A stretch of 63,999 bases of DNA, filler included, from Fonticula-like sp. SCN 57-25 (GCA_001724245.1; 4 parts of 4 records of this genome joined end to end with filler, not necessarily neighbours in it); one strand, 5' to 3'. Shown: positions 39,901-53,508, numbered from the whole stretch's first letter. Translations and numbers: made by a program. Notes: a model not told the origin generated them from the letters alone.

Positions 39901-42900
39901 ACGTGCGCGCCGCTCTCTCTCAGCACTTTGGCTTCCATGACACGGGCGTTATGGCTTCTCTGCTCGAAGACGCCGGCTTTGTCTTGACTCCTCACCTGGT
40001 TTCGCGTTTGCTCCACGCTCAAGGCAACACGCGCGAAGGCTCAACTGCGTCCTTTATCATGGAGGGCGGGGCTGGCGTCGGGAAATCACAGCTTATGGCT
40101 CTATTGGCTGTGCTGATAAATACCGACCCAAAGCTCTTTGCCCCTCTTAGGGTGCACCTCATTGCTGTACTGCGCGCGGCCGCATCGGCCCGGCTGCAGC
40201 CCAGTCAACGCGGCGGCCGCCGGCAACCTGCTGCCGGTTCGAGCGCACAGGCCCCTGACACGGACGACGTCGTAGCGCTCAGGGCGTTGGCGAACCTGCC
40301 GTGGAGTACCACGCTCGACGCGCTCCTCGGCAGGCTTCAGGCGGTAGTGGACCTGGACCCAGAGCCGCTTGCTAATGCGCTGGGTGTTCCGATGCTTGTA
40401 TACCTCAAGGGGATCATGAATCGGTACCCCATGCAGATGGAAGCGGTGGCTCCGGAAGCGGCGGCGGACCTGAATCGCATCAGCGCGTTGCGCCCCGAAG
40501 AGCTTGAGATGGCTCTTGCCGTTTCTTCGATGGCGACCTACATCCTTCCTCCCTCTGCCCATGGTGAGTTGCCCACTGAGCTCAGCTTTGAGGTTGAGGA
40601 TGAAGTTGCAGTACCTAAGGCGCCCCCAGCACCTTACTCAGGCGACGCGTTTGCGTCCGCGCGCATGTTCAATGGAACCGCTGACTTGCTCCGCTGCGTG
40701 GAGCAGATCTGCAAGGCGCAGACGGGCTCCCCGGGTGTGATTTACCGGCGAATCCTCGCGCATGAGGGCCTCGACGCCGACGAGTGGCACGCGATTGTGA
40801 CCAACGTAACGGCCGACGCGGCTAGGATTGCGAGAATCTCTCCCGAAGCGACGCTTGTCGTGTTCTTGGATGAGCTCAATACGGCTGGCGCACTGGGCGC
40901 CATTGCAGAGACGTTCACGAACCACATGCACAATGGTGCTTTGCTCCCTCCCAACGTTCTCTTTGTTGGCGCGATCAACCGGCGCCGGGAAGCCGACGCA
41001 GGAAACCTGGCCGGCATCTCTGACTTTAGGTTCATGAAGAGCCCGACGGCCGCCTCTCCATCGACGGCAGCCTGGGCACGAGGCAACGTTGTGGAGGACA
41101 ACAAGATGGATTACTTGGCGCGGACTCCTTTTATTGTGCGCGCTCTCCCGTCGTCGCTTGAGGCGCGCGTGTCCACGCACGCCGGCATGTCGGGAACGTT
41201 TCAGCGCGTGTTCTTGGAATCATGCGCAAACAGTCCGCGCATCAGTGGTCTTGCCGATGCCGCGTCGGCCCCGACGCAAGTACTTGACATGATCCATGAT
41301 GCGCAAGAGTTGGTTCGCTCGTACAAGCTTCCTCGCATATCTGTCTCGATTCGCGATTTGCTGCGCGGCCTTCGAGTGTTTGTGTGGCTGCAAAAGCAGA
41401 GGCTCGCGGCACGCCCCAACTTGAAAACGCTTGAGCCGGAGCCGACGAGCATCACGAACCCCTTTTTGCCGCCGAACGTAAATAGCCCGAGACACGTGAT
41501 TGGCTACGCGGCCGTGATGTCGGTGGCTCTCACGTACTGGGCGCGCCTGCCGTCCTCTTCACATAACGCAGCAGGCCTCCCGGCGCCCGATTTCCGCGCG
41601 GAATTTATCGTGTCGCTTGCGCCGCACATCCAGACGCTCATCGCCCACGGTTACCTGCCCCCGTTGGCCTCATTTGGCGCAATTGTAGCGGGCGGTTTTG
41701 ATCACTTGTGGGGTTTTGCGCATAAGCCCGACGGCATTGCCACGACGTCCGGCCTCAAGGAAGCGTTTTGGGCTGTGGTGGTCTGCGTGCATATCAAGCT
41801 ACCGCTGCTGCTCACTGGGCCGCCCGGCTGCGGCAAGACGCTCTCGTTCCAGCTGGCTTCCCTCAATCTCAAGGGCAACGACTCGCCGTCGTACATTTTC
41901 AAAGGCCTAAAGCACATGGTGAGCGAGCCCTACCAATGCTCCGAGACGTCGACGGCAAAAGAAATCAAGGACGTCTTTGAACGCGCTGCTCGTCGCCAGC
42001 GCAACGAGGACAAATACCGCAGTGGCGCGTACGCCGTCGTGGTGTCCCTCGATGAAGCCGGCCTGCCGCCGGAACGCCGCCAGGCTCTCAAGAGCGCGCA
42101 CGATCCCCTCGATGCGCATGACGTGGCCGCCGTGTTCATGTCCAACACAACCTTGGATGAGGCCAAGACGTCGCGCATGGTGCAGGTGCTGCAGAGCCAG
42201 GCGAGCACGGAAGACCGCGAAGCCCTTGCCGTGGGCCTTCTTCTCGGAGACGACAGCGGCCGTGTGCCGGCCGCGAGCGCAGCTGCGCAGAGGCGCACCG
42301 ACGCGGCTCTCAAGCGCATCAAGGGTTTAGTGCGTGCGTTTGCGGGGCTCCGTCGAGTCGTGCCTTCAGAGACGTGGTATGATTCGCGCGACTTTGTCTT
42401 CATCTGCAAGCAGCTGGCGCGCTCGGTGCGTCGCGCGCAAGGCGTGCCTGGCGAGTTTGATGCCATCATGCTGCTGTCGGCGATCCGACGCAACCTTCAA
42501 ACGCTGGAGAAGCGCATGTTCCCTTCGGTCGTTCGGCTGTTCATGACAGAGACGGATCTCAAGCCTCCGCCCCATGAGCTTCCGGTCAAACCAAAGGTGT
42601 TGCAGGTGCTCGGCGAGGCTCTTTCAGACGTGGTCGTACCCGGCCAAGCCTCCAATCCCCCTTTCCGCCACATCATGATCGTTGACCGCAGCGATGCGCG
42701 CAGCGCCCTGGACGTTGTGTGGGGCGATATCGCCAGGCTGGGTGGCAGCAATGGACGCACGCCGCGCATCCTGTCGCTATCCGACTTTCCGGAAGACTGC
42801 TCGCTGACTCAGCACACGGCGTTCCTCGCCGAGCTGCGCGGGTACCTGGAGACGGGCGAGACGGTCATTCTTGTGAACGCGCGCGTGCTCGAGTCGAGCC

Positions 42901-45900
42901 TCTACTCGCTCCTCAACCGCCACTTTTTGGAGGATAGCGCGGGCGGCGCCGTGTTTGTGGCGATGGGCGTCGGTCAGTACAGTCGCACCGTCCGCGTGCA
43001 CCCCGACTTTCGACTCGTGGTTCACGTGCGCCACAGCGAAATTCGCAGCATCCCACTGCCCTTCCTGAATCGCTTTGAGCGCTATGTCATCAGCATGAGG
43101 GACAGCGTGAACGAATGCATTGATAACTATGTTGCGCATCCGCCGGCGTGGCTCTTCAGCACACCCGAGCCCAGCCGCGCCAACTATTTAGAAGAGCTCG
43201 CCCATGGCCTGCGCCGCTTTGTGGCGCACTGCGGCGAGCCGTCCTTCCACGGCCTCGTTCGCGACGAAACCATTGCAACAATCGTGCTCGACACGCTCCG
43301 TGAGAGCGCTGGCCGCACGTCGCTTCAGTGCCCTGCGCCGATCCGCCTGGACGGCGCCCCGATCAATTTTGCCACCACCAGCAGCAGCAGCAGCAGCAAC
43401 GGTGAAGCCCTTCGGAGCATCCTCTGGACCATGTGCTTCCGTCTCATGCAGTGCATGCAGCCGGCTGCCGTCTTCCGCTTGCGCAAGCGTCTCGCTGTGC
43501 CGTTCATTGAAGAGTATGTGCGCGCCCAAGAGCATAACGCGGGCGCCACGGTCCTGCGCGGTCTGCTGAACGGCACAATGCGCCGCGGCGGATGGTTACC
43601 GTCGTCCGACGCGTCGCAGGACGCGCGCGCTCCCCGCATCATGCTCTTTACGCGGACTTCGCGTGACGTCACGACGGTGGCGGCGGACCGGTTCCGCCCT
43701 TTGGCTCAGCTGCTGGATGTGGGCGGCGCGCAGGATGCCGCGCAGGTCGCTGTGGATGACAACGTCCCGCTGCACGTCATGTTCCTCGAGTGGCTCGTGT
43801 CGTCGACCGAGTGCCGCGATGCAGTGAAGCGCTTTGCAAATGCACTGAAGCGCGCCCCCGTCGTGGATGCGAACGGCGCCGCGCCTCGCCCACGTACACT
43901 CTTGGTGTTTGCCGACATGTCGACCGTCACGTCGGATATGGTGACCGACACGCGCCGCTACATTGACGAGTACGTGTCGTCGCCAAACATTGGCGTCGTT
44001 GCGTTTGTCCTGCACAAGCCATCGGTCCAGTTCTTCAAGCCGTGCTATCCGGTGGTGTCTCTCGGGTGGGAGCACATATTTGTCGACTCGTGGGGGTTCA
44101 GCATGAACCACGTGGATGGAGCACAGCCGCTGGACGCGCGTCCGCCCTCGCTCGATGACGCGGACCGCCTGGTGCGTTCCTGGATGCCGGTCATGCACGG
44201 GCTTGTCTCTCCCGACGCGGAAGATCCCGACGCCACGCCCGATGCCATTTTCGCCGCCACGATGCGCCAAGGTTTCACTTCTGCCATCCAGACGCTCAAG
44301 TTTGCGCAGTACCGCCGCCCGCCGCCTGGGCTGGTCGCCACTGCGGCCATTTATAGTGCCGGATCCCCCAGCGGAGCGGCAGTGGCGCTCTTCTCGCAGC
44401 GGCCGTTCATTGGCGAAGCGCTGCAGATGGTCACTGAGCGCATGTGGAAGCGTGATTTGGAGCAGGTGACCGCCGAGTGCACGCAGGAGGAGGCGCACGT
44501 CCCTCTGCTCGCCAGCTTGCGCGACCGTCTCAGATGGCGCGTGCACGACTCTGTGCGCACCCTCATTGCCACGTACATCGGTTGCGACTGGGGACTCGAG
44601 GCCATCGCCGCCATTCAAGACGGCGACGCGCCGGTTGACGTTGAGCTCCGCAACATTACAATGGCTGCAATCCAGTGCTTGGCTATGCTTGATGTGAACC
44701 CGACCGCGGCGTCGATTGCGGCCAGCTCGTCGCGGCCTCCGACCGTTCAATGCAACCGCGCGTTCGTACCGCAGCTGCCGTTGCTTTCCCTCCTTCTTTC
44801 CCTTTTGAGCGACATTGATATGCGCGCAACGATCGCGGCCTCTGATGCCGCAAAGAGCGCGGATAATGTCGGCGCTCAGTTGCCGCACGACGAGTATATG
44901 CGCCAGCTTTTGCGTGCGCCCGAGGCGGCGCCGCTGGCGAGCCTCGTGCACGCTCTTGAAAATGACGCTTCCGACACGCTTTGGGCGCGGTGGCAGTCTG
45001 ACTTTGTGCGTGGAATTTTGCACTTTGCCGACTTGGAATCAAGCGAGGTGCTTGCTGTGACGGCTGTCCTGGACGCTGCTGCGCGCTGTGAACCCACGGC
45101 GAGTACCAGCGCGTCCCCGCATGCCGGCCGCTCACGCGATATTGTGTGGCAGTACGCGAACAGAGACGTGCTGCGCGCCATGGTGGCGCCACTGGTGCAT
45201 TCGCTGCGCGAAGCGCGGGGACTGGCCAGCCCTCAGGCCATGAATGCGATGGTCGCTGCAGCCTCTGCCTCTGTGACGCCCGACTCCCTTGCCTCGCAGC
45301 TCATCTACAGCCTAACGTCGGCCATGCTGGACGGCCTGTTCGAGACCATGCCGGACAATGTCGCCAGCGACATTGATGATGTGTCCCGCGATGAGCAGCG
45401 TTGGTACGATGGCATGCGCAATGCCACGTCGACGGGCCTGCTGCAGTCGCTCTACTCGCTCACGGCGTCCGTTGATCAGGATGATGTGCAAAGGTTGTGG
45501 CTCGGTGCTGCTCTGGCGACGCTTTTTACCGTACTCCGCGCGGCAGTCTCGACGAACGACTTTGCGACGGTCTTTTCTCTGGGCGCGGATGTACTGCGCG
45601 GAGGCCCCCCGTCGGGTTCCATCGAGGAAGGAACTGCTGGACCGGTTGCCGCCGTGACGGATGTCCTGCGGTCCGTCCCCGCCGGCACGTTTACCTCGTG
45701 GTCTGCGATCGTACACACCGCCGTGCTGTGGCTCCTCGAGGCACCGGCCAGTGCCACGCGGCCGTCAGTGTACATTTCTGATGCGCTTCCGGTCCTCGTG
45801 GTGGGCTTGCTCCGCCCCGACGACCCCCGCATGAGCCGATACGCTATCGGCAGCGTGCTTGCGGACCTTTCAGTGAGCAGCCGCGCGGCCCTGCTGCGTG

Positions 45901-48900
45901 CGATCCTGGAGCGCACCGGCCTCGAGATCGACGCCATGCGCACCATCGCGCATGTTTTGGAGGACCTTGTGGAGGGCACGGGTCCGTACATCCCGACTCT
46001 GTGGACCGCCGCTCGGACTGTGCACATGGAGGCGGCCGTTCAGGGCAGCACTTTGCCGCCGCCCCGCTTGACACTGGTCTCTGCGAGCGCGTCCGCGGTC
46101 GTTGACATTGTGTTCCGTGCGTTGTCGCAGATGCTCGCCACGAAAGATAGGGTGACCGGTCTGCCCGAAACGGAGACGGACGCGCTCTCTGGCGGCGCCA
46201 GCGTCGAACTGGCCGCTGCCGCGCAGGATAACCGCATAACGAGCGCCTTGCTGTCGGCCGTGGAAAAGACGCGCCTGCTGACGTTTGTTGGCGAGCGAGT
46301 GGGTCGGCTGCTGGGGAACTCGAACAATGTGACGGCCGACGCGGTTGTTTCGCCTGCGCTGGCTGCCGCCGTCCAAGTATCGCTCAATGACGCGCCCTCG
46401 GAGGCGGGCGCGTATCTGCTGGGGCGCATTGCCCAAGCAAACTCGACGGCCGTGATTTCTTTGCTGCAGCGGGACGATATTCTAGCGTCGCTCGGCCTTT
46501 CGAACTGGCTCTCTGGGCGCCTGAATCAAGGGTCAATTACCGCGCAAGCCCAAGACCTTGACAACTTGAAAAGTCGCTACGTTGCCTCGCTGCATGCGAG
46601 CCGTGCGATTGAAGCCGCGTTAGACACTGCGAACAGCCCATCTTTCTCTGACCTGATTAGCGCTCTTCACCGGTCAAAGGATTCGTCCCTCGCTGCCCGC
46701 GCGCTTCTGCTGATGCTTGACCGAGAGTCGCGCGCGGATCTTCAAATGAACACCTACATTCCGCAGCTTGTGCGCGCCTACGAGTATGCGCGGACGGCCT
46801 TTGCGTACCGGTATACCGAAAGCGAGGCCCTCGTGACGCCGTTTGAAATTGCAGTGAGCGTGCTCCCCCCGGGACAGCGTGCCGCGGGCGAAAGGATTCG
46901 CGATGAGTTTTTGGACGCCTGGGAAAAATTGCGGCTCCAGTTTGACGAGTTCGAGCAGTGCGCTGGTGAACTTGAAGACGCAAGGAAGATCCCCACGCTG
47001 GTTCGCTTCCCTCCGCCAGAGTCGGCCATGCTCTGCGTCGCGCACCTGGTTGAGCTCTCGCTGTCGCCCGGCGAGGAGGCATCGAATCCGTGCGGCAAGA
47101 TCCTGCAGCGCAGACTGTTGCCGTCAATCCACAAAGTTCTGGTGGGCGGCAGCAACGAAGACACGATTGCTCAGCTGAGAGGGAACGACGGAACCTCTTT
47201 GAACCATCGCTCGCTGTTGCTTGACGAGAATTTGTTGGTGTCCAGCCTCAAGGACCTGCCGGCGCACCCCGCCGACGCCGTCCGCTGGCTTGTCACTGGC
47301 TCCTTTGCGCGGCCGCCCAATACCGGCTCCATCCACGACGATGATATATACATTGCGCAGCTCGTGGCAGGTGCGGCTTCTAGGGTGCCCGTCGTCGACG
47401 GTGGGAGCAGCAGCGGATCCTCGGCTGCTGCGCCGCCCACCGCTGATGTCAGTCTCGCGGATATCATCCAGCAGCAGGCATATGCGGAAGGACGAGAACT
47501 GCAGAAGCACGCGCACGATAATAGGTGGCTGATGTGTCCCGCATGCGGCAATGTGTCGGTGTTTTACGAGGGATGCAGTTCGGTTGCGTGCGGTAAGCAT
47601 GCAGCCGATAAAGAGCAGCTAAGAAACACATACGGCTGTGGTACAAAGTTTGTGATCTCGTCAAGCACTAATGCGAATCGTGTGCCCCCGCCTAATGCCA
47701 GTGGTCCTCCGCTCCCGGCCTTTCTCAAGCCGCCGTCGTCGTTATCGTCTTCGCTATCGTCGTTCCTTGAACAGGTGGCGAGTGTTCAGCTGCCGCCAGC
47801 TCGCGCACCGAGCGCGTGGCAGATTGACATTGACGCCGTTGCTCGCGCCCTGATCCCTCGCCTGCTCGCCCACCGGCGGCTGTTTGCTGGAAGCGACAAC
47901 ATTGTCAAGCTTGACCCGTTCTTTGCGCCGCTGCCGACGCTCTCCGAGTCGCGCTCCGTTGCCCCCGACGAGCCCGCTGCGCCTCCCGCGCGGTCTGTGG
48001 CGCCCGACGCTGCCGTGCGACTCGAGCAGTACGCGGCCCGCCTGCACCTGCTCGGCGGCCATGCCGGGCAGGTGTCTCTCTGGGCGAGCGGCAACTCGGC
48101 CGACAATCAGCTGCAAGACCAGATGCTGCAATTCGCGATGCAGCGGACCCCGAGTGAGGTCGCCGCGTCCGTTGAGCAGCTCGTGTCGGCCGCCGAGCAC
48201 CTCATCGAGGTCGCGGAGCAGCCCGAAAGAACGCAGGAGGCGAGCGCGACGCCCGCCACCGCGACGCAGCCGCTCTCGTCCGCTCTGGAGGCGCACTTTG
48301 CCACCCCCACGTGGACGCCTCTTGTGTCCGATTGGCTCCGCCTGATGCCGCCGGTCTCGGCCGACATGCCGGCCTTGTCGCAGCGCTTTGCCCAAATGTG
48401 CGACGTGGCTCTCAAGGCGCAGCGCGCGCGTCGCTACTCAACGTACCCCGAGCTTAACAGCGCGATGCCGGGCGCGCTGGACCAGTCGGTGCGCACTGAG
48501 CTGGTGGCGCTCGTGCGCGCCGCCCACGACGACAGCGCCGAAGCGATGGACGCGCTGCGCGCCAACATTCAAAACTTTGCCTCGACCGTCATTGCCTGCG
48601 AGGACGACGTGGCGGCTGCCAGCTTCGCCGACGACGCGCTGTTTACGATCCCGTCGGTGGCGGCCGCGCTCGCCACCAGCAGCAGCGACATTCTGAGCGC
48701 ATTCACGGCAGTGTCCAACGACGCCGTCCTCGTGAGGCATCTCGGCGCGTCGCTGCGCGTCCTCGACGACGCGCTGGCGAGCATCACGAGCCTGCAGCTG
48801 GAAGCAGCCGCGGGGGCAAGCAGCCTCGTTCACACTGTTTCGGTCCCACGCGAGTGGATGCACGACGCGGGCGCGGATGATGCCGCGCAAGCGGCAAGCG

Positions 48901-49745
48901 CGCCGCCCCACGTGGACGCTGCACGGCAGCGCGCCGAGGACATGTACCGCGCCATGGGCGATTCGCATCTCACAATGTTGGCGGCCATGTCTGCGGGGAC
49001 AGAGCCGCCGGCCTCCGCGACGGACAGCGACAGCGCGGCCAACGACTCGCCGGACGCGCCGCCGGTGATCCTGCCGCGACGCGCCGATCCGCTCTTCCGG
49101 CTTATGGGCGCATTGCAGCTGACGGACAGTGCGGCTACAAGCGCGCTCAAGACGCCGCGGCGGTTTGCGTTCGACCCGGCGCCGCCGCCGCCGCCCAACA
49201 CGAGAGCCGCGCAAGCGCCATCAAACGCGCAAGACGCACCTGCAGCTCCTCTGATTACGTCACCTCTGACAGCGCCTGTGACTGCGCCTGTGACTGCGCC
49301 TCACGAGGTGGGCGTGCCGGCCGAGGCTGCCCAGGCGGCAGAACGGAGCCCGACGGCCCCGACAGGGATTCCCATTTCCGCGTGCGGCGGACTCAATCTG
49401 TCGGCCGTGAAGCGTCTCGTGCGCCGAAAGGCGCTAAAGTGGGAGACGCCGCAGCAGGTATCGGTGACGATCGAATCGTGGAACCAGATGCAGAACAACG
49501 CCGAGATGCTCGCGGACATTGCAGATGATCGCATACGCGCTGATCCTAACCTTGCCGCGGTGCCATTCGAGGAGGTGATGAAGAAACTGCAGGCGGACCT
49601 GGAGACGTTTTTCGTGGCAAGAAGTGCCCCGGCTGCTGTCGGCAACGCCCCGTTTGTCCACCGGGAAAGCGGCGAGCTTGCCCTTCAAGCGGACGACTAC
49701 CGCGAGTGGGCTGCTCACCTGGACAGACTAGCATCGCAAGCTTAG
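36953..49745 (+). CDS. Giant RNF213/mysterin-like multi-AAA+ ATPase / putative E3 ligase (5'-truncated, >4260 aa, intronless)
   Basis: Frame open from gap edge. Walker A motifs GDAQMGKST (~38808), GGAGVGKS (~40065), GPPGCGKT (~41818). Walker B VFLDE (~40860) and SLDEAG (~42045). YQCSETST and GETVILVN..LYSLLN..VHPDFRLVV blocks are colinear with RNF213 AAA4/AAA5 as recalled. Confidence 0.85.
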
Positions 49746-49839
49746 CAAGCATATTCAATTTTATTATTTTATTGTTTCGATACAACCAGTTAATGATGAG
49801 CAATACAGTACTATATAATTCACATATATATCAAACCTT

Positions 49840-49875
<36 letters not shown>
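49840..49875. repeat. (CAG)n microsatellite
   Basis: About 12 CAG units. Confidence 0.95.
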
Positions 49876-49878
<3 letters not shown>

Positions 49879-50284
49879 CTTAGTGGATGCGACCCCGCCT
49901 TAAACGGGGCTTATCAGGATAGCATACCATTTCAGTCGCGCCCGACCAGCGTTCGTATATTCCTAGCATGACTATGCTGACTGCGTTCAAGCGAATCGGC
50001 TGAGCTTTGAAGAGTACTGTTTCCTTCATATACCGCGCACCATCGACCACCTATATGGTCATGATTATCTCGGATATACAGTAGCCGCATGATGAAATCA
50101 GCGCTGGGATGGACTCTTTCATTATTGGCAATAAAGTACTCTTATTCCCTCCGCGTAGCGATTCCATAGAGTTTCATTCCGTATTATTAAGACAAGCCAT
50201 ACGAAACATTCAGGGGCGCATACCTAGCCCACCCCCTTCTCTCACTAGATCCCCAAAACTGCATCCCCCCACTCATTCTTCTTC

Positions 50285-50942
50285 CTACGTGGAGAATCGA
50301 TCTCTCGCCCACAAGATCTGGACGGCGACCCCCCTCAGCGACTCTGCCTCCAAGTACCTCGTGTACGCGTGCGTGTACAGCCCCAAGAAGCCCGCCTTGC
50401 AAAAGTCGATCTTTATATTCCCCGACGGGAACTGCTCCTCCCTGACGACGATGGACTTTGGCCCGCGGTCTTCATTCCGCGTCCTCACCTTTGCAATCTC
50501 CTCGTCCGCGCCGCCCGTCGCGGCGCTCACAATAAACTCCTTGTACCACGTGACATTGTACCCCGCCGAGAAATGGAACTCTGTCGTGGTCGGGTCCGCC
50601 GCACGTGACGTGGCAAAGTAGATGACGTCATGGCCCCAGCGGCCGCTCGCGTTGATCAGCAGGCGGTGCGACGGGGCTTCGCTGGCGTCGCCGACCAGGC
50701 GAAGCGGCTCGTCAAACGACTCGGTGTAGTCGAGGTACGAGGAAGAGGAAATAGATATGGATTTCAGGCGGAGCGAAAGCTCGTCGACGTCGGCGGCGGC
50801 CGCGTCGGGGGCGGGCGAGGGCGTCGCGGGGGGCGTCGGGGGCGACGCAGTGGCGGCGGGGACGGCGGCGGCGGAGGGGTCCGCAATGTCGGCGAGGTGG
50901 GGGCTGCCGGCGGCGCTCTCGAGGCGCAGCGCTTCATTCATG
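50285..50942 (-). CDS. Hypothetical protein / exon of unknown family
   Basis: GC-rich open frame with coding-like bias. Ends uncertain. Confidence 0.4.
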
Positions 50943-51084
50943 GTCGAGCGGCTGCTGGAGCGGCCTGCAAGCGGGTCAGGAAAGGAAGAGCACGTGATCA
51001 TATGGGCAGAAACATGAAGTGGCCATACGGACAGAAACACGATACACTCAATGGCAGAAACACGATACACTCAATGGCAGTCAT

Positions 51085-51400
51085 ACCCATACTCACACAT
51101 GTACTCATACTCATCATCATACGCTTGCACATTATTATCATCAATGACAAGTCATCATACCCATACTTACCATACTCATCATCATACCCATGCTCATACT
51201 CATCATCAATGACAAGTCATCATACTCATACTTACCATACTCATCATCATCATCATGATGCTCATACGCATACTCATCATCATACTCATATTCATACTCA
51301 TTATCATACTCATACTTACCATACTCATCATCATACTCATACTCATCATCATACTCTTACTCATACTTATCATCAATGACAAGTCATCATACCCATACTT
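51085..51400. repeat. Low-complexity (CAT/CATACT)n minisatellite with three ATCATCAATGACAAGTCATCATAC units
   Basis: Directly visible repeat. Confidence 0.85.
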
Positions 51401-51596
51401 TACCCACTTTCCTCCCCCCCCTCCCCTTCCCCTCATAGCCGTACTGAGCGTGACAGCATCAAACTTTTCCGTCGTCGACGCAATCCTCCTATGCTTATGC
51501 TTTGTCAGCTTCAATATCCCATCAATGATATGCGGGATCTCAAACACCGCCTGGTTGCTGTACACCTCCAGCGCCGCCCGGCACTTTTCAATATTG

Positions 51597-51696
51597 NNNN
51601 NNNNNNNNNNNNNNNNNNNNNNNNNNNNNNNNNNNNNNNNTTAATTAATTAANNNNNNNNNNNNNNNNNNNNNNNNNNNNNNNNNNNNNNNNNNNN
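51597..51696. other. Artificial contig linker
   Basis: N44-TTAATTAATTAA-N44. Confidence 0.97.
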
Positions 51697-51870
51697 TTGC
51701 ATTAGACCATCCAAAAGAAATCGTTGATAAATCATTCTCGTCCAATCAGCGCGTGCCGCATCACAGTCGGCTTTGATGTTTTAAGAGACGATTCCTGAGA
51801 CGATTCCTGTTTCTTTTCTTTGTTTCCTCCACTGAGGCACAAACACTTTGCCGGTGCCCAAAAAGAGCAA

Positions 51871-53508
51871 ATGTCGCGGCCGGAATTCAAGCGTGGCTCG
51901 TCTCGCGACTCTGGCGCTCCTCGCGCCTCGCTGGTGGTGAAGGACGATGACGGAAACGTGCTTACGGCGCCGACGGCGGCCAAGCAGGACTCTGCCTTGC
52001 AGTCGATTGCCAAGCAGATCGAGGCACAGAACGCAGCCAAGGTGCGTCCGCCCCTTTTCACTAGCCGCTTTCCGTCCCTTCCGTGTCTTTTGACTTGCTT
52101 TGTGGCTTATCGACTGCTATATTGGATTTGCGCATGGTTCTAACCGTTACTTCAGGAGCAAATCGCTGCGGAGCTCAAGTCGCGCCCGCGCGATGCCCAG
52201 GATGCGCTCAAGGCCGCACAGGAGAAGAATCGCTCAGAGTTGTCCCGTCTTCGCCAGGAGCGCTCCAAGCTGCAGGACGCTCTCGCCGAGGCCGAGCGCC
52301 ACCGCGCGTCGGTTGCCAAGGAGGAGCAGATCCAGAGCACGCGCGTCGAGCCCGCCACCATTGTCGAGCGCATCACGTACGCCGGTTGAACGCTGATTGC
52401 TCTTTGTCTAATCGTTCGTCTTGACAATCACAGCGCTCTCGAAAAGAAGATCTCCAGCGGCACGCTGACCCTCGTTGAGGAGAAGAAGGCCGGCATGGAG
52501 GTTGCCCAGCTCAAGCGCCAGCTCACTGCCGCCGAGAGCCAGAAGCTCAAGGACGCTTCGTCCAGCGCTACCAAGGTGCGCAGCCGCTTTTCTTTTTGTT
52601 AACTAAAATTCTAATATCGTGACGTTGTAGGCTTCGCAGCCGCTGCCCGCGATGAGCGTCGAGAAGGCGAGGAAAGGTCTGCAGGATGTTGAGAAGCTCG
52701 TTGCTGCCGCCGAGGCCGCGCTCGAGGAGGCCGACAAGGCCGTCAACAACTTTTGGGAGGCCGACCGCGCTCGCCGCAAGGAGCTGCAGGAGAAGCAGCA
52801 GAGCATTGCGCAGGCCGTGAGCAAGCTCGTTGAGCAGCGCCGCGAGCTCCACAGCTCGTACGACGCTCAGCGTGCCGCTTACAACAAGTTCCTTCAGCGC
52901 GCGCTCAAGGAGCAGGCGGCCAAGGACAAGGAGGCGGCTCTTGCCCAGCGCCGCGCCGAGCGCCTTTTGCCCAAGTTTGAGGACGAGATTGCCGAGCTTG
53001 CCACGTTGATCAGGCACCTCGAGCGGACGTACCTTGGCATCTCTGCCAGCGCGTCGTCCGAGTCGACGCAGGAGACGTCGCCCGCCGCCGCGGACGCCGA
53101 CGAGGCCCTGCTCATCAACCGCCGCGGCCGCGTTGAGGAGGACGACAGCTTCATGGCTCCGTCCAACAAGAAGAAGACGTCCAAGTCTGCCGCCAAGCCC
53201 GCCAGCACCCCGTCCACGGTTCGCTTTGACGTTGTCACGCTCCACCGCCTCCACAAGTACAAGGGTACGCTTACTTGCCTTTTTGGTGCGCATGCTAATT
53301 TTCCTTTTTTCTTTGCGCAGTGTCGCCGCCGGCCGCCGTGTCCGAGGTCGAGACGACTGTTGAGCAGCTCAAGACGGTGAAGGGCTCGTATGAGAAGAAG
53401 CAAAAGGACGAGATTGCCAAGGGCCTCAAGGAGGAGGAGGAGGAGCGCAAGGCCGAGGCTGCCAAGGCTGCCGCCGGCGAGGTGGCCGCCGAGACCGCGT
53501 CCGCTTGA
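51871..53508 (+). CDS. Coiled-coil protein, Bfr1-like, multi-exon
   Basis: LEKKISSGTLTLVEEKKA resembles the Bfr1 core motif. Also FEDEIAELATLIRHL and PPAAVSEV..TVEQLK. Confidence 0.65.

Noticed and set aside
43596-45023. Long antisense ORFs (also 31084-31986, 35659-36345, 62163-62999)
   Set aside because: Shadow frames of GC-rich coding sequence on the opposite strand.
51085-51400. His/Thr-, Ile/Leu- and Met/Ser-rich ORFs; repeat-spacer appearance
   Set aside because: Frame artefacts of a CAT/CATACT minisatellite. The intervening sequences are low-complexity, there are no cas genes, and the context is eukaryotic.
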